DNA from: a bacterium
Lineage (GTDB): Bacteria > Oederibacteriota > PGYV01
Assembly (NCBI GenBank): GCA_029565735.1
Contig: JAKQNO010000123.1
Coordinates: 2,474 to 66,473 of the forward strand
Direction of reading: 5' to 3'
Length of the DNA stretch: 64,000 nt
Below are positions 42,151-52,456 of this stretch, piece by piece. The number at the start of each line of letters is the position of its first letter. The first letter of the stretch is position 1. The notes under the pieces were generated by a model. The model saw nothing but the letters and a program-made list of their open reading frames with translations, was not told where the DNA came from and did not search any database. The translations under genes were made by a program, and so were the position numbers.

Positions 42151-43179
42151 TTAATACGCTTCGTATGTCATTAAAGTGCTTGACGTCATCATCGGCATTC
42201 CGGAGAGTGACTGGGATGAATTAACCTCTATTGGCAGATCCTGCGCGTTATACGTATAATATATATCCGTATTCATCGACATTCCCATAAATGACATTAC
42301 AGAATGTGCTTCACTTGGATTTCCTGCCGCAGTATAAGTATAGGTTGTAGTGCCGTTAACAGTATCCGTACTGTCATACGATGTGGCCAATGTCATTTTG
42401 CCGCCCGCGTCATACTGCATAACGGTATAAGAATACAATGTACTACCCATATATGTATCTGATCTTGTCTTAAGGTTGGAAGCATTATATGTATTCACTA
42501 TTCTTGAAGAGAGTGTTGTTCCTGAATAAGTTTCAACTGTAAGTTCAGAACCGGCGGCATCATAAGTCTTTACTTCTGACGACTGAATTACACCCGAAGC
42601 ATTATAAACGTCCGTCCTTGTAATCCGGTCTGCAGCATCATACTGATAAGTGGTATACTGCATAAGATTTCCCGAACCATCATAAACATCCTGCCTTACA
42701 ACTTTACCGCCTGAAAGCGTGGGAACTATTGTTTGTATTAAATTGCCCGAACTATCAAGCATCGACATACTTGAAGTATTTCCAAGAGAATCAAACTGCA
42801 CCCCGGACGTGGTTGAAACAGAGCCTGCGCTGTCATATGCTGTTATAGATGCAGCCGAAGGCGTCAACCCGCCCGCTCCATAAAAAAGCGTCATTTCCAT
42901 CCCTATAACACCCGAATTGGACATACTCATAGTTTTAAGCCTGTAGCCATGCCCTGTTGTATTTGTGGCAGTTGAAGTGGCTATTGCTGATACCGTATTT
43001 GTGGATGTGGGAGTGTATGAAGCGGTAATGGAACCGGTACTTGTAAAAGTAGCCGTGGCTGTATTTTCTGCAATTACCGGTTCTTCAACAGCAGCCGGTG
43101 AAACATGTTTCGTGCAGGAAACGGCAATAAAAGATAGAATAATAATAGCAAAAGTCCAAAAATAAGTGATTTTTTTCAT
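42151..43179 (-). CDS. Lipoprotein with Thr-rich linker and YD-like repeats
   Basis: Lipobox-like IAVSC; repeats YQYDAADR, TYDAAGS, TYNASNL, QYDAGGK, TYTAAGN about 24 aa apart. Confidence 0.75.
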   Translation of the reverse strand: MKKITYFWTFAIIILSFIAVSCTKHVSPAAVEEPVIAENTATATFTSTGSITASYTPTSTNTVSAIATSTATNTTGHGYRLKTMSMSNSGVIGMEMTLFYGAGGLTPSAASITAYDSAGSVSTTSGVQFDSLGNTSSMSMLDSSGNLIQTIVPTLSGGKVVRQDVYDGSGNLMQYTTYQYDAADRITRTDVYNASGVIQSSEVKTYDAAGSELTVETYSGTTLSSRIVNTYNASNLKTRSDTYMGSTLYSYTVMQYDAGGKMTLATSYDSTDTVNGTTTYTYTAAGNPSEAHSVMSFMGMSMNTDIYYTYNAQDLPIEVNSSQSLSGMPMMTSSTLMTYEAY

Positions 43180-43273
43180 CAATAATCCTCCCGGTCAATT
43201 ATTATTGTTATTAACCGCCCTCCCGGTCAACTTGAATATTATACCAATTCAATTATGAAATTTCCACGTAATA

Positions 43274-44521
43274 TTAATATTTTATAAATTTTCCTGCCAG
43301 ATAAAACGACCCGCCTATTACAATTACCCCTTTGCCTTTTATACCGCGCGCAAGGGCAAGCGCTTTATTGTTATCCGGTTCAAGGAATGATTTTATGCCC
43401 GTTTTATCCGCAAGCGCTTTAATCACGGAAGGGGCCTGCGCCCTTTCGTTGTCAATGCCGGTTATAACAAGCTGTATGTTTTTATATTCTTTTATTATAT
43501 CCATCACAGCCTTTATATCCTTATCTTTTAGCGCCGAAAATACATAAGTGATTTTCCCTGCACGCATCTTTTTAAGCGCCGCGAACATAGCGCATGCCGC
43601 TTCGGGATTATGCGCCACACTTACAAAAGTATCCTTTGATATTTTTTGAAGCCTGCCTTTAACCTTTACCTTTTCAATTGCTTTTACAGCTTTTTTTATG
43701 TCAATAGCAACATCCATGCTTCTTATGATTTCAGCGGCCGCAAGCGCAGCAGCGGCGTTTTCGGCCATTACATCTTCATACATGGGCAGTTTCATCTTAA
43801 ATCCGCGGTTGTTTTTAACATCAAGAATTTCAGCTTTTATCCCCTTAATATCATGCGACGTGCTTTCAACTTTAAAATAATCTTCCGGGAAAAAAGCCAT
43901 TTCCCCAAAACGTTTTTTTACATGTTTTCTAAGGTTATTATCTTTAAGGTTAAACAACCCCGCGCCTTTTACTATTTCCTCTTTTTCTTTAAGAATTTTC
44001 AGGCAGGTATTGCCCAGCATCTGCGTGTGTTCAAGAGAAACAGACGTAATTACAGAGAGGAGTTTAGCGGAGTAATTGACGTTTGTCGCGTCGTATCTTC
44101 CGCCCAGCCCGGCTTCAATAACCGCAATTTCGGCGCCGCATTCTTTAAAACAAAGAAAAGCAAGCACGGTCAAAAACTCAAAATAGGTAAGAAAGGTTTT
44201 ATTTTCTTTTACGTTTTTTTTTAGCAGAACGATATTTGTTTCAAGAATATTTTCCGGCACGAAAGCGCTGTTAAACAGAATACGCTCCCTGAAATCAGTG
44301 ATATGCGGGGACGTGTAAAGCCCGGTTTTATAACCTGACGCGCGGAACGCGGCTTCAATAAAAGCGGCGGTTGTGCCCTTCCCGTTGCTTCCGGCTATAT
44401 GGACAACCCCAAAAGCATCCTGCGGATTTCCCAGCGCCAGCAGTATTTGTTTTATCCTGCCAAGGGAATAGTCAAATTTGAATTCATTAAGGGATGCAAT
44501 ATAGCGGCCTGTTTCATTCAC
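43274..44521 (-). CDS. folC: Folylpolyglutamate synthase / dihydrofolate synthase
   Basis: HIAGSNGKG, YTSPH, EAGLGGRYDATN, AHNP, GSFYL. Confidence 0.92.
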   Translation of the reverse strand: MNETGRYIASLNEFKFDYSLGRIKQILLALGNPQDAFGVVHIAGSNGKGTTAAFIEAAFRASGYKTGLYTSPHITDFRERILFNSAFVPENILETNIVLLKKNVKENKTFLTYFEFLTVLAFLCFKECGAEIAVIEAGLGGRYDATNVNYSAKLLSVITSVSLEHTQMLGNTCLKILKEKEEIVKGAGLFNLKDNNLRKHVKKRFGEMAFFPEDYFKVESTSHDIKGIKAEILDVKNNRGFKMKLPMYEDVMAENAAAALAAAEIIRSMDVAIDIKKAVKAIEKVKVKGRLQKISKDTFVSVAHNPEAACAMFAALKKMRAGKITYVFSALKDKDIKAVMDIIKEYKNIQLVITGIDNERAQAPSVIKALADKTGIKSFLEPDNNKALALARGIKGKGVIVIGGSFYLAGKFIKY

Positions 44522-44537
44522 AATAGCATGCCTTTTT

Positions 44538-45413
44538 TCAGGAAATCTTTCTGCCGCTGTAGCGTTTGGAATCCATCAGCTTTGAAAGCGCCGAATGTAT
44601 TGTGTTTTTCATGTCTTTTCTTTCGGTAATTATATCTATCATACCGTGTTCCAGAAGGAATTCGGAGCGCTGGAAACCTTCCGGAAGTTTCTGCCTTATT
44701 GTCTGTTCAATAACCCTTGGGCCGGCAAACATTATAAGAGCTTCCGGTTCCGCCACGTTTAAATCGCCAAGCATGGCAAAAGAAGCGGTAACGCCTCCGC
44801 CTGTCGGGTCTGTCATAACCGATATAAACGGAAGCCCAGCGTCAGAAACCCTGGACAATGCCGCGGATATCTTTGCCATCTGCATAAGCGATATTATGCC
44901 TTCGTGCATCCTTGCGCCGCCGCCTGACGCGGAAACTATAATTACGGGTAATTTATTGGAAATGGCTGTTTCACAAAGCGACGTAAGCCTTTCCCCCATA
45001 ACCGAGCCAAGCGATCCGCCCATAAAAAGAAAATCCGTAACTCCAAGCGCCACTTCAAGCCCGTTCATTTTTCCCGTGCCTGTTATAACCGATTCCGAAA
45101 GCCCGGTGGCTTTTTTTGATTTTTCCAGTTTGTCCTTATACTGCGGAAAATTAAGATAGTCCACAGGCTGCACGTCTTCAAACATAATATTAAAAGTACC
45201 TTCATCAACAAGCATGGCAACGCGGTCTTTTGCGGTTACCCTTTTATGAAGCCCGCATTTCGGGCATACGTTCAGATTATCAGCCAGTTCTTTTGTAAGG
45301 ATTATGGAATCGCAGCGGTCGCACTTGACCCACATGCCTTCCGGTATTTTGGTCTCTTTTTTCTCCACGTTCCTGATTATCGTATATTTTGGCCTGTGAA
45401 ACCATGCTGACAT
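44538..45413 (-). CDS. accD: Acetyl-CoA carboxylase carboxyltransferase beta
   Basis: WVKC..C...CPKC Zn finger, GGSLGSV, GARMHEG, PTGGGV, FAGPRVI. Confidence 0.95.
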   Translation of the reverse strand: MSAWFHRPKYTIIRNVEKKETKIPEGMWVKCDRCDSIILTKELADNLNVCPKCGLHKRVTAKDRVAMLVDEGTFNIMFEDVQPVDYLNFPQYKDKLEKSKKATGLSESVITGTGKMNGLEVALGVTDFLFMGGSLGSVMGERLTSLCETAISNKLPVIIVSASGGGARMHEGIISLMQMAKISAALSRVSDAGLPFISVMTDPTGGGVTASFAMLGDLNVAEPEALIMFAGPRVIEQTIRQKLPEGFQRSEFLLEHGMIDIITERKDMKNTIHSALSKLMDSKRYSGRKIS

Positions 45414-45428
45414 TGTATAATTCTCCTT

Positions 45429-47138
45429 TTACTTTTTTGCTTTTTTATGTGAAAAATACTTTTTAATGGCAGAAACCGCTACCGGAACTATATCCGGGTC
45501 AAACTGCGTTCCCGCGCAGTTTTGTATTTCCTGAATACAGGTCTGAAGCGGAAGCCCTTTTCTGTAAGGCCTGTCCGTAAGCATGGCATCCATTGTATCG
45601 GCAATACTTATTATCCTTGAATGCATGGGAATATCTTCTCCGGCAAGCCCCCCGGGATACCCGTTGCCGTCAAACCTTTCATGATGGTGCCTTATTACCG
45701 GCAGTATATCCTTAAGCTGAGGAATGGGTTCAAGTATATTCGCCCCTTCGTCAGGGTGTTTTTTTATTTCAAGGAATTCCTGTTCGGTCAGTTTTGCCGG
45801 TTTTCTTAAAATGCTTTCATCAACGCCTATTTTCCCGATGTCATGAAACAGCGCGGCAATTTTCAGTTCCTTTAACTCCATGTCAGGCATGCCAAGCGCC
45901 CTGCCTATTTCCATGCTGTAAGTGGTGACTCCGTCGGAATGATGCCTTGTGTAATTGTCTTTTTTATCTATGGTTTCCGCCAGACATTTTATGGTATTCA
46001 TAAACATATCCTGGGTTTCGGTGTATAACTTGGCGTTTTCTATGGCAACTGCCGCCTGATTTGCAAGCGCTTCAAGAAGGTTTTTGTCGTCTTCGTTGAA
46101 AAAGTCCCCGCCTTTTTTGTTTATAATTTCCATTACCCCGACAAGTTTCTGTTTTGTTTTTAAAGGGACCGCGATTATGGATTTTGTTTTAAACGTTGTT
46201 TTCTCGTCCGCTTTCTTAAAAAACCTTGGGTCGTTCTGCGCGTCAGCCACCAGCACGGAACGGTCTTCCCTTGCCACCCATCCGGCAATGCCTTCGCCGA
46301 TGGGCACCCTTACGTTTTTAATTTTTTCCTTCTGATCGCCTGTGGCGGACGCGAACACCAGTTCGTCTTTTTCAAGAAGAAGGATGGAACCCGCTTCGGC
46401 TTCAAGCATATGCGTTGAAGCTTCAAGCATTTTATCAAGCAGTATGTCAAGTTCAAGCGTTGAATTGACATACTCAGTTATTCCCATAAGATGCTCAAGC
46501 CTTTCAATTTTATCCCTGTTTTCCGTCAGAAGGCCGGCGTTTTTAACAATCGCGGAAATATACGGCGTAAAAATAAGAAGGGTTTCCAGGTCCTTGTTAT
46601 CAAAAGCCTGCCCCTTTTTTTTATTAAGCATCTCTATTACACCAAGAATGTCATGGTCAAATTTAAGCGGGGCGCACAGTATATTTCTTGTTTTATATTT
46701 CAATTTTTTATCAAAGCGCGTGGAATGCCTTTTATCCGCGGACGCATCCGGGGTAATTATAGGTTTTCCGGTCTGAGCCACCCATCCGGCAACGCCTTCG
46801 CCCACGGCAAGCTTAAACTTTTTTATCCCTTTCCCTTTGCTGCCTTTTGCAGAGGCAAAATACAGGGCATTTGTATGTTTTTCCATAAGAAGGATTGAGC
46901 CGGCTTCGCTTGAAGTGGCATCCATGACATTGGTTAAAAAACGGTCAAGAATTTCATTAAGTTTAAAATCCTTTGCGGTTATCTCGGAAATTTCCTGAAG
47001 TATGTTTACCTGCTTCTGAAGCACCGCGTTTTCCGCCCTCAGCCTTTCACTTTCAGATAAAGGCTTACCGGCCGCAGCAGGCGGCTTTTTTGCTTTTATG
47101 CTTACGTACTTGTTTGCTTTTTTCCTGTTACCCGGCAT
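45429..47138 (-). CDS. GAF-GAF-HD-GYP cyclic-di-GMP phosphodiesterase
   Basis: Two GAF repeats (GEGVAGWVA, GEGIAGWVA); HDIGK and HHERFDGNGYP. Confidence 0.9.
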   Translation of the reverse strand: MPGNRKKANKYVSIKAKKPPAAAGKPLSESERLRAENAVLQKQVNILQEISEITAKDFKLNEILDRFLTNVMDATSSEAGSILLMEKHTNALYFASAKGSKGKGIKKFKLAVGEGVAGWVAQTGKPIITPDASADKRHSTRFDKKLKYKTRNILCAPLKFDHDILGVIEMLNKKKGQAFDNKDLETLLIFTPYISAIVKNAGLLTENRDKIERLEHLMGITEYVNSTLELDILLDKMLEASTHMLEAEAGSILLLEKDELVFASATGDQKEKIKNVRVPIGEGIAGWVAREDRSVLVADAQNDPRFFKKADEKTTFKTKSIIAVPLKTKQKLVGVMEIINKKGGDFFNEDDKNLLEALANQAAVAIENAKLYTETQDMFMNTIKCLAETIDKKDNYTRHHSDGVTTYSMEIGRALGMPDMELKELKIAALFHDIGKIGVDESILRKPAKLTEQEFLEIKKHPDEGANILEPIPQLKDILPVIRHHHERFDGNGYPGGLAGEDIPMHSRIISIADTMDAMLTDRPYRKGLPLQTCIQEIQNCAGTQFDPDIVPVAVSAIKKYFSHKKAKK

Positions 47139-47162
47139 GTATACCTCTTTTTTTTGTTAACG

Positions 47163-47939
47163 TCAAACGTTCAGGAATTTTTTCACAAACATCTTTGCAT
47201 TTTTCAAAAGCATATTTCGGTTTTTGCCGTATTTTTCACACAGCGAAACAAAAGCGCTTCCTATTATTACGCCATCCGCGATTTTCAGTATCTCTTTTGC
47301 CTGTAAAGGGTCTGAAACACCAAAACCGGCAAAAACCGGTATCTTCGAAAGCGTTTTTACGTGTTGCAGCATATGAAAACCGGAATTAACGCTTTTTGAA
47401 CCGCCGGTTACGCCTTTCTGAAGGATATAATACACAAAACCACGGCTTTTTTCTACAATTTTTTTGGCCCTATCCATTGTATTTGAAGGCGCGACAAGGT
47501 AAACAAGGTTAAATCCGCGTTTTTTCGCGTAATTATGGAATTCAGCCTCTTCGTCAAAAGGCAGATCAGGGATAATTGCGCCGTCAAGTCCGGCTTTCAG
47601 AGCGCTGTCAACAAACCTTTTTGAACCATAGTGATGAATAAGATTATAGTACGTCATCGCGACTATAGGCACCTGAATCCCTTTTTTTCTTACGTTTTCA
47701 ATTATTTTCAGGCATTTATCAATTGTCACGCCCCTTTTAAGCGCCCTTTCCCCGGCCTTTTGTATAACAGGCCCGTCGGCTATGGGGTCAGAAAAAGGAA
47801 TTCCAAGTTCAACAAGCGAAACTCCGCTTTGTGCCAGCGTAACAATCAGTTCTTCGGTTTCTTTTAAACCCGGGTCGCCTGCCATAAGATAAACCACAAG
47901 TTTTTTTGTTCCGGTTTTTAACATGTCCATTCTGTTCAT
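47163..47939 (-). CDS. trpA: Tryptophan synthase alpha
   Basis: GDP, ELGIPFSDPIADGPVIQ, GVTG, GFGV. Confidence 0.96.
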   Translation of the reverse strand: MNRMDMLKTGTKKLVVYLMAGDPGLKETEELIVTLAQSGVSLVELGIPFSDPIADGPVIQKAGERALKRGVTIDKCLKIIENVRKKGIQVPIVAMTYYNLIHHYGSKRFVDSALKAGLDGAIIPDLPFDEEAEFHNYAKKRGFNLVYLVAPSNTMDRAKKIVEKSRGFVYYILQKGVTGGSKSVNSGFHMLQHVKTLSKIPVFAGFGVSDPLQAKEILKIADGVIIGSAFVSLCEKYGKNRNMLLKNAKMFVKKFLNV

Positions 47940-47940
47940 A

Positions 47941-49134
47941 TTATTTACCCCCTTTAATAAGGGAATATACGGTATTTATATCTTTGTCGCCCCTGCCTGA
48001 AACGTTGACAATCACAATATCCTTCTTTTTAAGCTTCATCTTTTCCAGATACGCGCACGCGTGGGAAGATTCAAGAGCCGGTATTATACCCTCTTCGTGG
48101 CACATCATTTTAAACCCGTTAAGCGCCTCTTTGTCCGTTATAACATCAAACTTTGCCCTTTTTATCTTTGACAGGTAGCTAAGTTCGGGCCCGACGCCCG
48201 GATAATCAAGGCCGGCGGAGACCGAATGAGTTTCCGTTATCTGCCCTTCATCACTCTGAAGGACGTAAGTTTTTGCGCCGTGAAGGAATCCTATTTCATT
48301 GTTGACTATGCTGGCAGCGTGTTTTCCGGACTTAATTCCAAGGCCGCCGGCTTCCACACCTATCATTTTCACGTTTTTGTCTTTGATGAACGGATAAAAT
48401 AAACCCATTGCGTTTGACCCGCCGCCCACGCATGCCACAAGATAATCCGGAAGCCTGCCTTCAGCCTGCAGAATCTGCTTGCGCGCCTCTTTGCCGATTA
48501 CGGACTGAAAATCCCTGACCATCATGGGGTATGGATGAAAACCCGATACCGTGCCTATAATATAAAAAGTGTTGTCAACATTTTTCAGCCAGTCGCGTGT
48601 TGCTTCGTTCAACGCGTCTTTTAAAGTTTTGCTGCCTGACGAAACCGGAATAACACGCGCGCCCAAAAGTTCCATTCTGAATACATTAAGCGACTGCCTT
48701 TTTATATCTTCCTCTCCCATATATACGTCGCATTCACAGTCAAAAAGCGCGGCCACTGTCGCCGTTGCAACACCGTGCTGTCCTGCGCCTGTTTCCGCTA
48801 TTATCCTATTTTTACCCATTCTTTTTGCAAGCAGTATCTGCCCTATTGTGTTGTTTATCTTATGGGCGCCTGTGTGATTTAAGTCCTCTCTCTTAAGATA
48901 AATCTTCGCGCCGAAACGTTTTGAAAGTTTTTCAGCGTGATACAGGGGCGACGGCCTGCCCACATAATTTTTCATATAGTAATCAAACTCTCGTTTAAAG
49001 GACGGGTCTTTCTTTGCTTTAGCGTAATTCCTGTCAAGGTCATCCAAAAGCGCCCTTAATGTTTCAGGCGCGAACTTTCCTCCAAATTCTCCAAAAAAGC
49101 CTTTTTTATCAGGTATAGCCATTTTATGCTCCAT
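47941..49134 (-). CDS. trpB: Tryptophan synthase beta
   Basis: [38 protein letters not shown]. Confidence 0.97.
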   Translation of the reverse strand: MEHKMAIPDKKGFFGEFGGKFAPETLRALLDDLDRNYAKAKKDPSFKREFDYYMKNYVGRPSPLYHAEKLSKRFGAKIYLKREDLNHTGAHKINNTIGQILLAKRMGKNRIIAETGAGQHGVATATVAALFDCECDVYMGEEDIKRQSLNVFRMELLGARVIPVSSGSKTLKDALNEATRDWLKNVDNTFYIIGTVSGFHPYPMMVRDFQSVIGKEARKQILQAEGRLPDYLVACVGGGSNAMGLFYPFIKDKNVKMIGVEAGGLGIKSGKHAASIVNNEIGFLHGAKTYVLQSDEGQITETHSVSAGLDYPGVGPELSYLSKIKRAKFDVITDKEALNGFKMMCHEEGIIPALESSHACAYLEKMKLKKKDIVIVNVSGRGDKDINTVYSLIKGGK

Positions 49135-49178
49135 TTTTTATTTTTTTAGGGTTAACTTACGGGATTACCTTTTAAGGT

Positions 49179-49796
49179 TCACCATCGGGCTTTGTTTATC
49201 ACGCTGAAAAGTTTTTTCATTTTAACCGGGTCTTTCTTCCCTTTTGACTTTTCAACGCCGGATGACACGTCAATCCCGTAAGGCGCGGATGATTTTAGTA
49301 CAGCCATAACGTTTTCCGGTTTTATGCCTCCGGCTATAAAAAACGGCTCTTTTACGCCGGACAGTATGGCGCTGTCAAAACGCTTTCCTGTTCCGCCGTG
49401 CAGCACCGGATCATACGTATCAAATAAAAAGCAGTCAACGCCGCCTTTATATTTTTTAACCTGAGACGCCGCGTAATTGGCGTCTTTGGCTTTAATCACC
49501 TTTAAGATTTTCGCGTCTTTAATTTTTCTTATGGATGAAAGGCTTACTTCCCCGTGAACCTGCGCTATGTCAAGCCCAAGCGCTTTTACCGTGCGGTTTA
49601 TCTTTTCCCCGTCAGCTTCAACAAATACGCCGGCTTTAAGGGTAAATGGTTTTAATTTTTTTATTATGGCAAGCGCCTGTTTTTCCGTTACTTTTCTGGG
49701 GCTTTCGGCAAAAATAAACCCTATAATATCCGCCCCAAGTTTTTCGGCAAGCAGTGCGTCCTTAAGGTTCGTAATTCCGCATATTTTAACCTTCAT
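49179..49796 (-). CDS. trpF: Phosphoribosylanthranilate isomerase
   Basis: VKICGIT, QVHG, GGTG, AGG, DVSSGVE. Confidence 0.95.
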   Translation of the reverse strand: MKVKICGITNLKDALLAEKLGADIIGFIFAESPRKVTEKQALAIIKKLKPFTLKAGVFVEADGEKINRTVKALGLDIAQVHGEVSLSSIRKIKDAKILKVIKAKDANYAASQVKKYKGGVDCFLFDTYDPVLHGGTGKRFDSAILSGVKEPFFIAGGIKPENVMAVLKSSAPYGIDVSSGVEKSKGKKDPVKMKKLFSVINKARW

Positions 49797-49811
49797 AGCG
49801 GGCTCCGGCTT

Positions 49812-50615
49812 TTATCTGCCGTGTTTATTAAGTATCCGGCCCGCCAGATCCTTAATCTGTTTTTCGCCCTTGGCTTTCATAAACATGGTGCCTATAAGCA
49901 CGGCTTTTATTTTCGGGTCCACCATTATTTCATCAACATCTTCAGGCTCATTTATTCCGCTTTCGCAAAGCACAAATTTGTCTTTGGGCACATACTTTAC
50001 AAGAGTCTTTACTTTCGCAAGGTTTATTTTAAAGGTTTTCAGGTCTCTTGCATTAATACCTATAATTTCCGCGCCCGCGGCGCATGCTTTTTTTATTTCT
50101 TCCCTTGATATGCATTCCACAACCGGCGTAACATTCAGGAATCTTGCCTTTCTTATAAATGAAGCAAGCTCCCTTTTTTCAAGTATCGCGGCTATAAGAA
50201 GAATCGCGTCCGCCCTTGCCGCGCGGGTTTCATAAATCTGATATTCATCAATAACAAAATCTTTTCTTAAAATCGGCATGGAGCAGTGTTTTTTTGCTTC
50301 TTTTATATATTCAATGTTACCGTCAAAGAATTTTTTGTCGGTCACCACGGACACGGCTTTTATCCCCGCTTTTTCATAAATCTGAACTATGTTTTTTATG
50401 TTTATGGCGTTTTTTATGGTGCCTTTGGAAGGCGATTTCTTTTTTATTTCACCCACAATGGTAAAATCATTATTTTCAAAGACGTCCCTGAAATTCCTGT
50501 TGGCCGGCAGTTTCATTATTTCCGCAAGCAGCGCGCTTAACGGGACTTTATTTTTTGCCGCGGCAACTTCCTGCTTTTTATGTTTTACAATCTTGCTGAG
50601 AATATTTCCGGCCAT
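49812..50615 (-). CDS. trpC: Indole-3-glycerol-phosphate synthase
   Basis: EIKKKSPSKG, LRKDF, GINARDL, ESGI. Confidence 0.93.
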   Translation of the reverse strand: MAGNILSKIVKHKKQEVAAAKNKVPLSALLAEIMKLPANRNFRDVFENNDFTIVGEIKKKSPSKGTIKNAINIKNIVQIYEKAGIKAVSVVTDKKFFDGNIEYIKEAKKHCSMPILRKDFVIDEYQIYETRAARADAILLIAAILEKRELASFIRKARFLNVTPVVECISREEIKKACAAGAEIIGINARDLKTFKINLAKVKTLVKYVPKDKFVLCESGINEPEDVDEIMVDPKIKAVLIGTMFMKAKGEKQIKDLAGRILNKHGR

Positions 50616-50646
50616 TTTTCACCTCTTATATTTAATCTGCAACCTT

Positions 50647-51660
50647 TTATTTATTGCTGTATTCAACAAGCTGCCTTAACTTTTCCGCGGCAAGCCCGGA
50701 ATCTATGGCCTGCGCGGCTTTTTCTATGCCTTCTTTTATGGATCCCGCCGCATCAGCCGTGTATACGGCTATTCCGGCATTATACACTATTATGCGGTAA
50801 TAAGCGTCTTTTCTTTTGCCATCAAATACTTCCTTCATAATAACCGCGTTTTCTTCGGGCGAAATACCCTTAACATCTTCAATAGCGCAGGACTCTATGC
50901 CGAATTCCGCGGGATTTATTGAATACGTGGTAATATTGCCGCCTTTAAGTTCTGCCACCGCGGTATTTCCCCATAATATGGCTTCGTCCACATTGCCTTC
51001 GCCGCAGATAACAAGCGAATGCACATTACCCATATTTTTTAATACCGCCGCTATCTTTTCAACCAAAGATGACGTATATACTCCCATCAGATGGTGGGTG
51101 TTACGGGCCGGGTTTATAATCGGGCCAAGCACGTTGAATATATTCCTTATTCCTATTTCCCGCCTTACAGGCGCCGCGTATTTCATTGCCATGTGGCATC
51201 CCGGCGCGTACAGAAAACCAAGGCCTATTTTTTCAATGCTTGCTTTTATTGTTTCGTGCGCGGCGTCAACATTTACACCAAGCGCCTTTAACACATCCGC
51301 GCTTCCGCTTTTGCTTGTCAGCGCGCGGTTGCCGTGTTTTGCAACCGTTACGCCGCAAGCGGCAGCCACAACAGAAACCGCGGTGGAAATATTAAACGTG
51401 CCTGCGTAATCGCCGCCGGTGCCGCATGTATCAAGAATAATTTCCCTGTCAACCGGCAAATGGTGCGCTTTTTCCCTCATAACCTTTGCCGCGGCCGATA
51501 TTTCTTCAACTGTTTCGCCTTTCATTTTCAACGCGGTTAAAAACGCGGCTATCTGCGCGTCATTGGATTTTCCGGTCATCATAATTTCCATAGCTTCCGC
51601 CATTTCAGCGGCAGTAAGGTCCTGCCTTTCTGATACTTTTTTAATGTATGGTTTAAGCAT
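50647..51660 (-). CDS. trpD: Anthranilate phosphoribosyltransferase
   Basis: DTCGTGGD, FNIST, KHGNR, GSADVL. Confidence 0.96.
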   Translation of the reverse strand: MLKPYIKKVSERQDLTAAEMAEAMEIMMTGKSNDAQIAAFLTALKMKGETVEEISAAAKVMREKAHHLPVDREIILDTCGTGGDYAGTFNISTAVSVVAAACGVTVAKHGNRALTSKSGSADVLKALGVNVDAAHETIKASIEKIGLGFLYAPGCHMAMKYAAPVRREIGIRNIFNVLGPIINPARNTHHLMGVYTSSLVEKIAAVLKNMGNVHSLVICGEGNVDEAILWGNTAVAELKGGNITTYSINPAEFGIESCAIEDVKGISPEENAVIMKEVFDGKRKDAYYRIIVYNAGIAVYTADAAGSIKEGIEKAAQAIDSGLAAEKLRQLVEYSNK

Positions 51661-51672
51661 AAATCCCCTTTT

Positions 51673-52428
51673 TTATATCCCAAGCACCCTGCAAGCGGCT
51701 GCCGTGGTTGTATTTATTACATCCTGAACATTTACTCCCTTTATTTCCGCCAGCTTTTCCGCTATAAGCGGAATATAAGACGCTTCGTTTCTTTGCCCCC
51801 TGAATTTCTGGGGCGCAAGCCACGGTGCGTCCGTTTCAAGCACAATATTTTCAAGCGGTATTTTTTTTATCGCGTCCCTTAAAGCGCCGGAATTCGGAAA
51901 AGTTATTACCCCGCCTATCCCGAACACAAAACCCAGATCCATAAATTTTTTTGCCGTTTCGTAATCCGCGGAAAAGCAGTGAATAATTCCCGCTTTCTTC
52001 ACCCTGTTTTCCGCAAGTATTTCCAGTACATCATCATGCGCGTCCCTGCTGTGAATGACCACGGGTTTGTCAAACTCCGAAGCCAGGGAAATCAGTTTTT
52101 TAAAACCTTCCTTTTGAACATTTTTTTCAACCGTACTTTTAAAATAATCAAGGCCAATTTCGCCCACCGCCGCTATCTTGGCATCAGTCAAAAAGAAGCC
52201 CCGTAATTCCGCTAAAATTTCATCATTAAGAACGTCTATATAATGCGGGTGAAGGCCAAGCGCGGCCCATACCCCGTCTTCCCTGAATACCGCGACTTTT
52301 CTTGTTTCCTCTATTTCAGCCCCGATATTTAAAAACTTATTTACACCCGCCAGCCTTGCCCTTTCAAGCATTTCTTTGCGGTCATTATCATATTTCCCGT
52401 CGCATATGTGAATGTGCGTGTCAATCAT
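51673..52428 (-). CDS. tatD: TatD-family hydrolase
   Basis: DTHIH, GEIGLD, IHSR, HCF, ETDAP. Confidence 0.93.
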   Translation of the reverse strand: MIDTHIHICDGKYDNDRKEMLERARLAGVNKFLNIGAEIEETRKVAVFREDGVWAALGLHPHYIDVLNDEILAELRGFFLTDAKIAAVGEIGLDYFKSTVEKNVQKEGFKKLISLASEFDKPVVIHSRDAHDDVLEILAENRVKKAGIIHCFSADYETAKKFMDLGFVFGIGGVITFPNSGALRDAIKKIPLENIVLETDAPWLAPQKFRGQRNEASYIPLIAEKLAEIKGVNVQDVINTTTAAACRVLGI

Positions 52429-52456
52429 GGTTTATTTAAATCAAAAGCCCGCGCTT

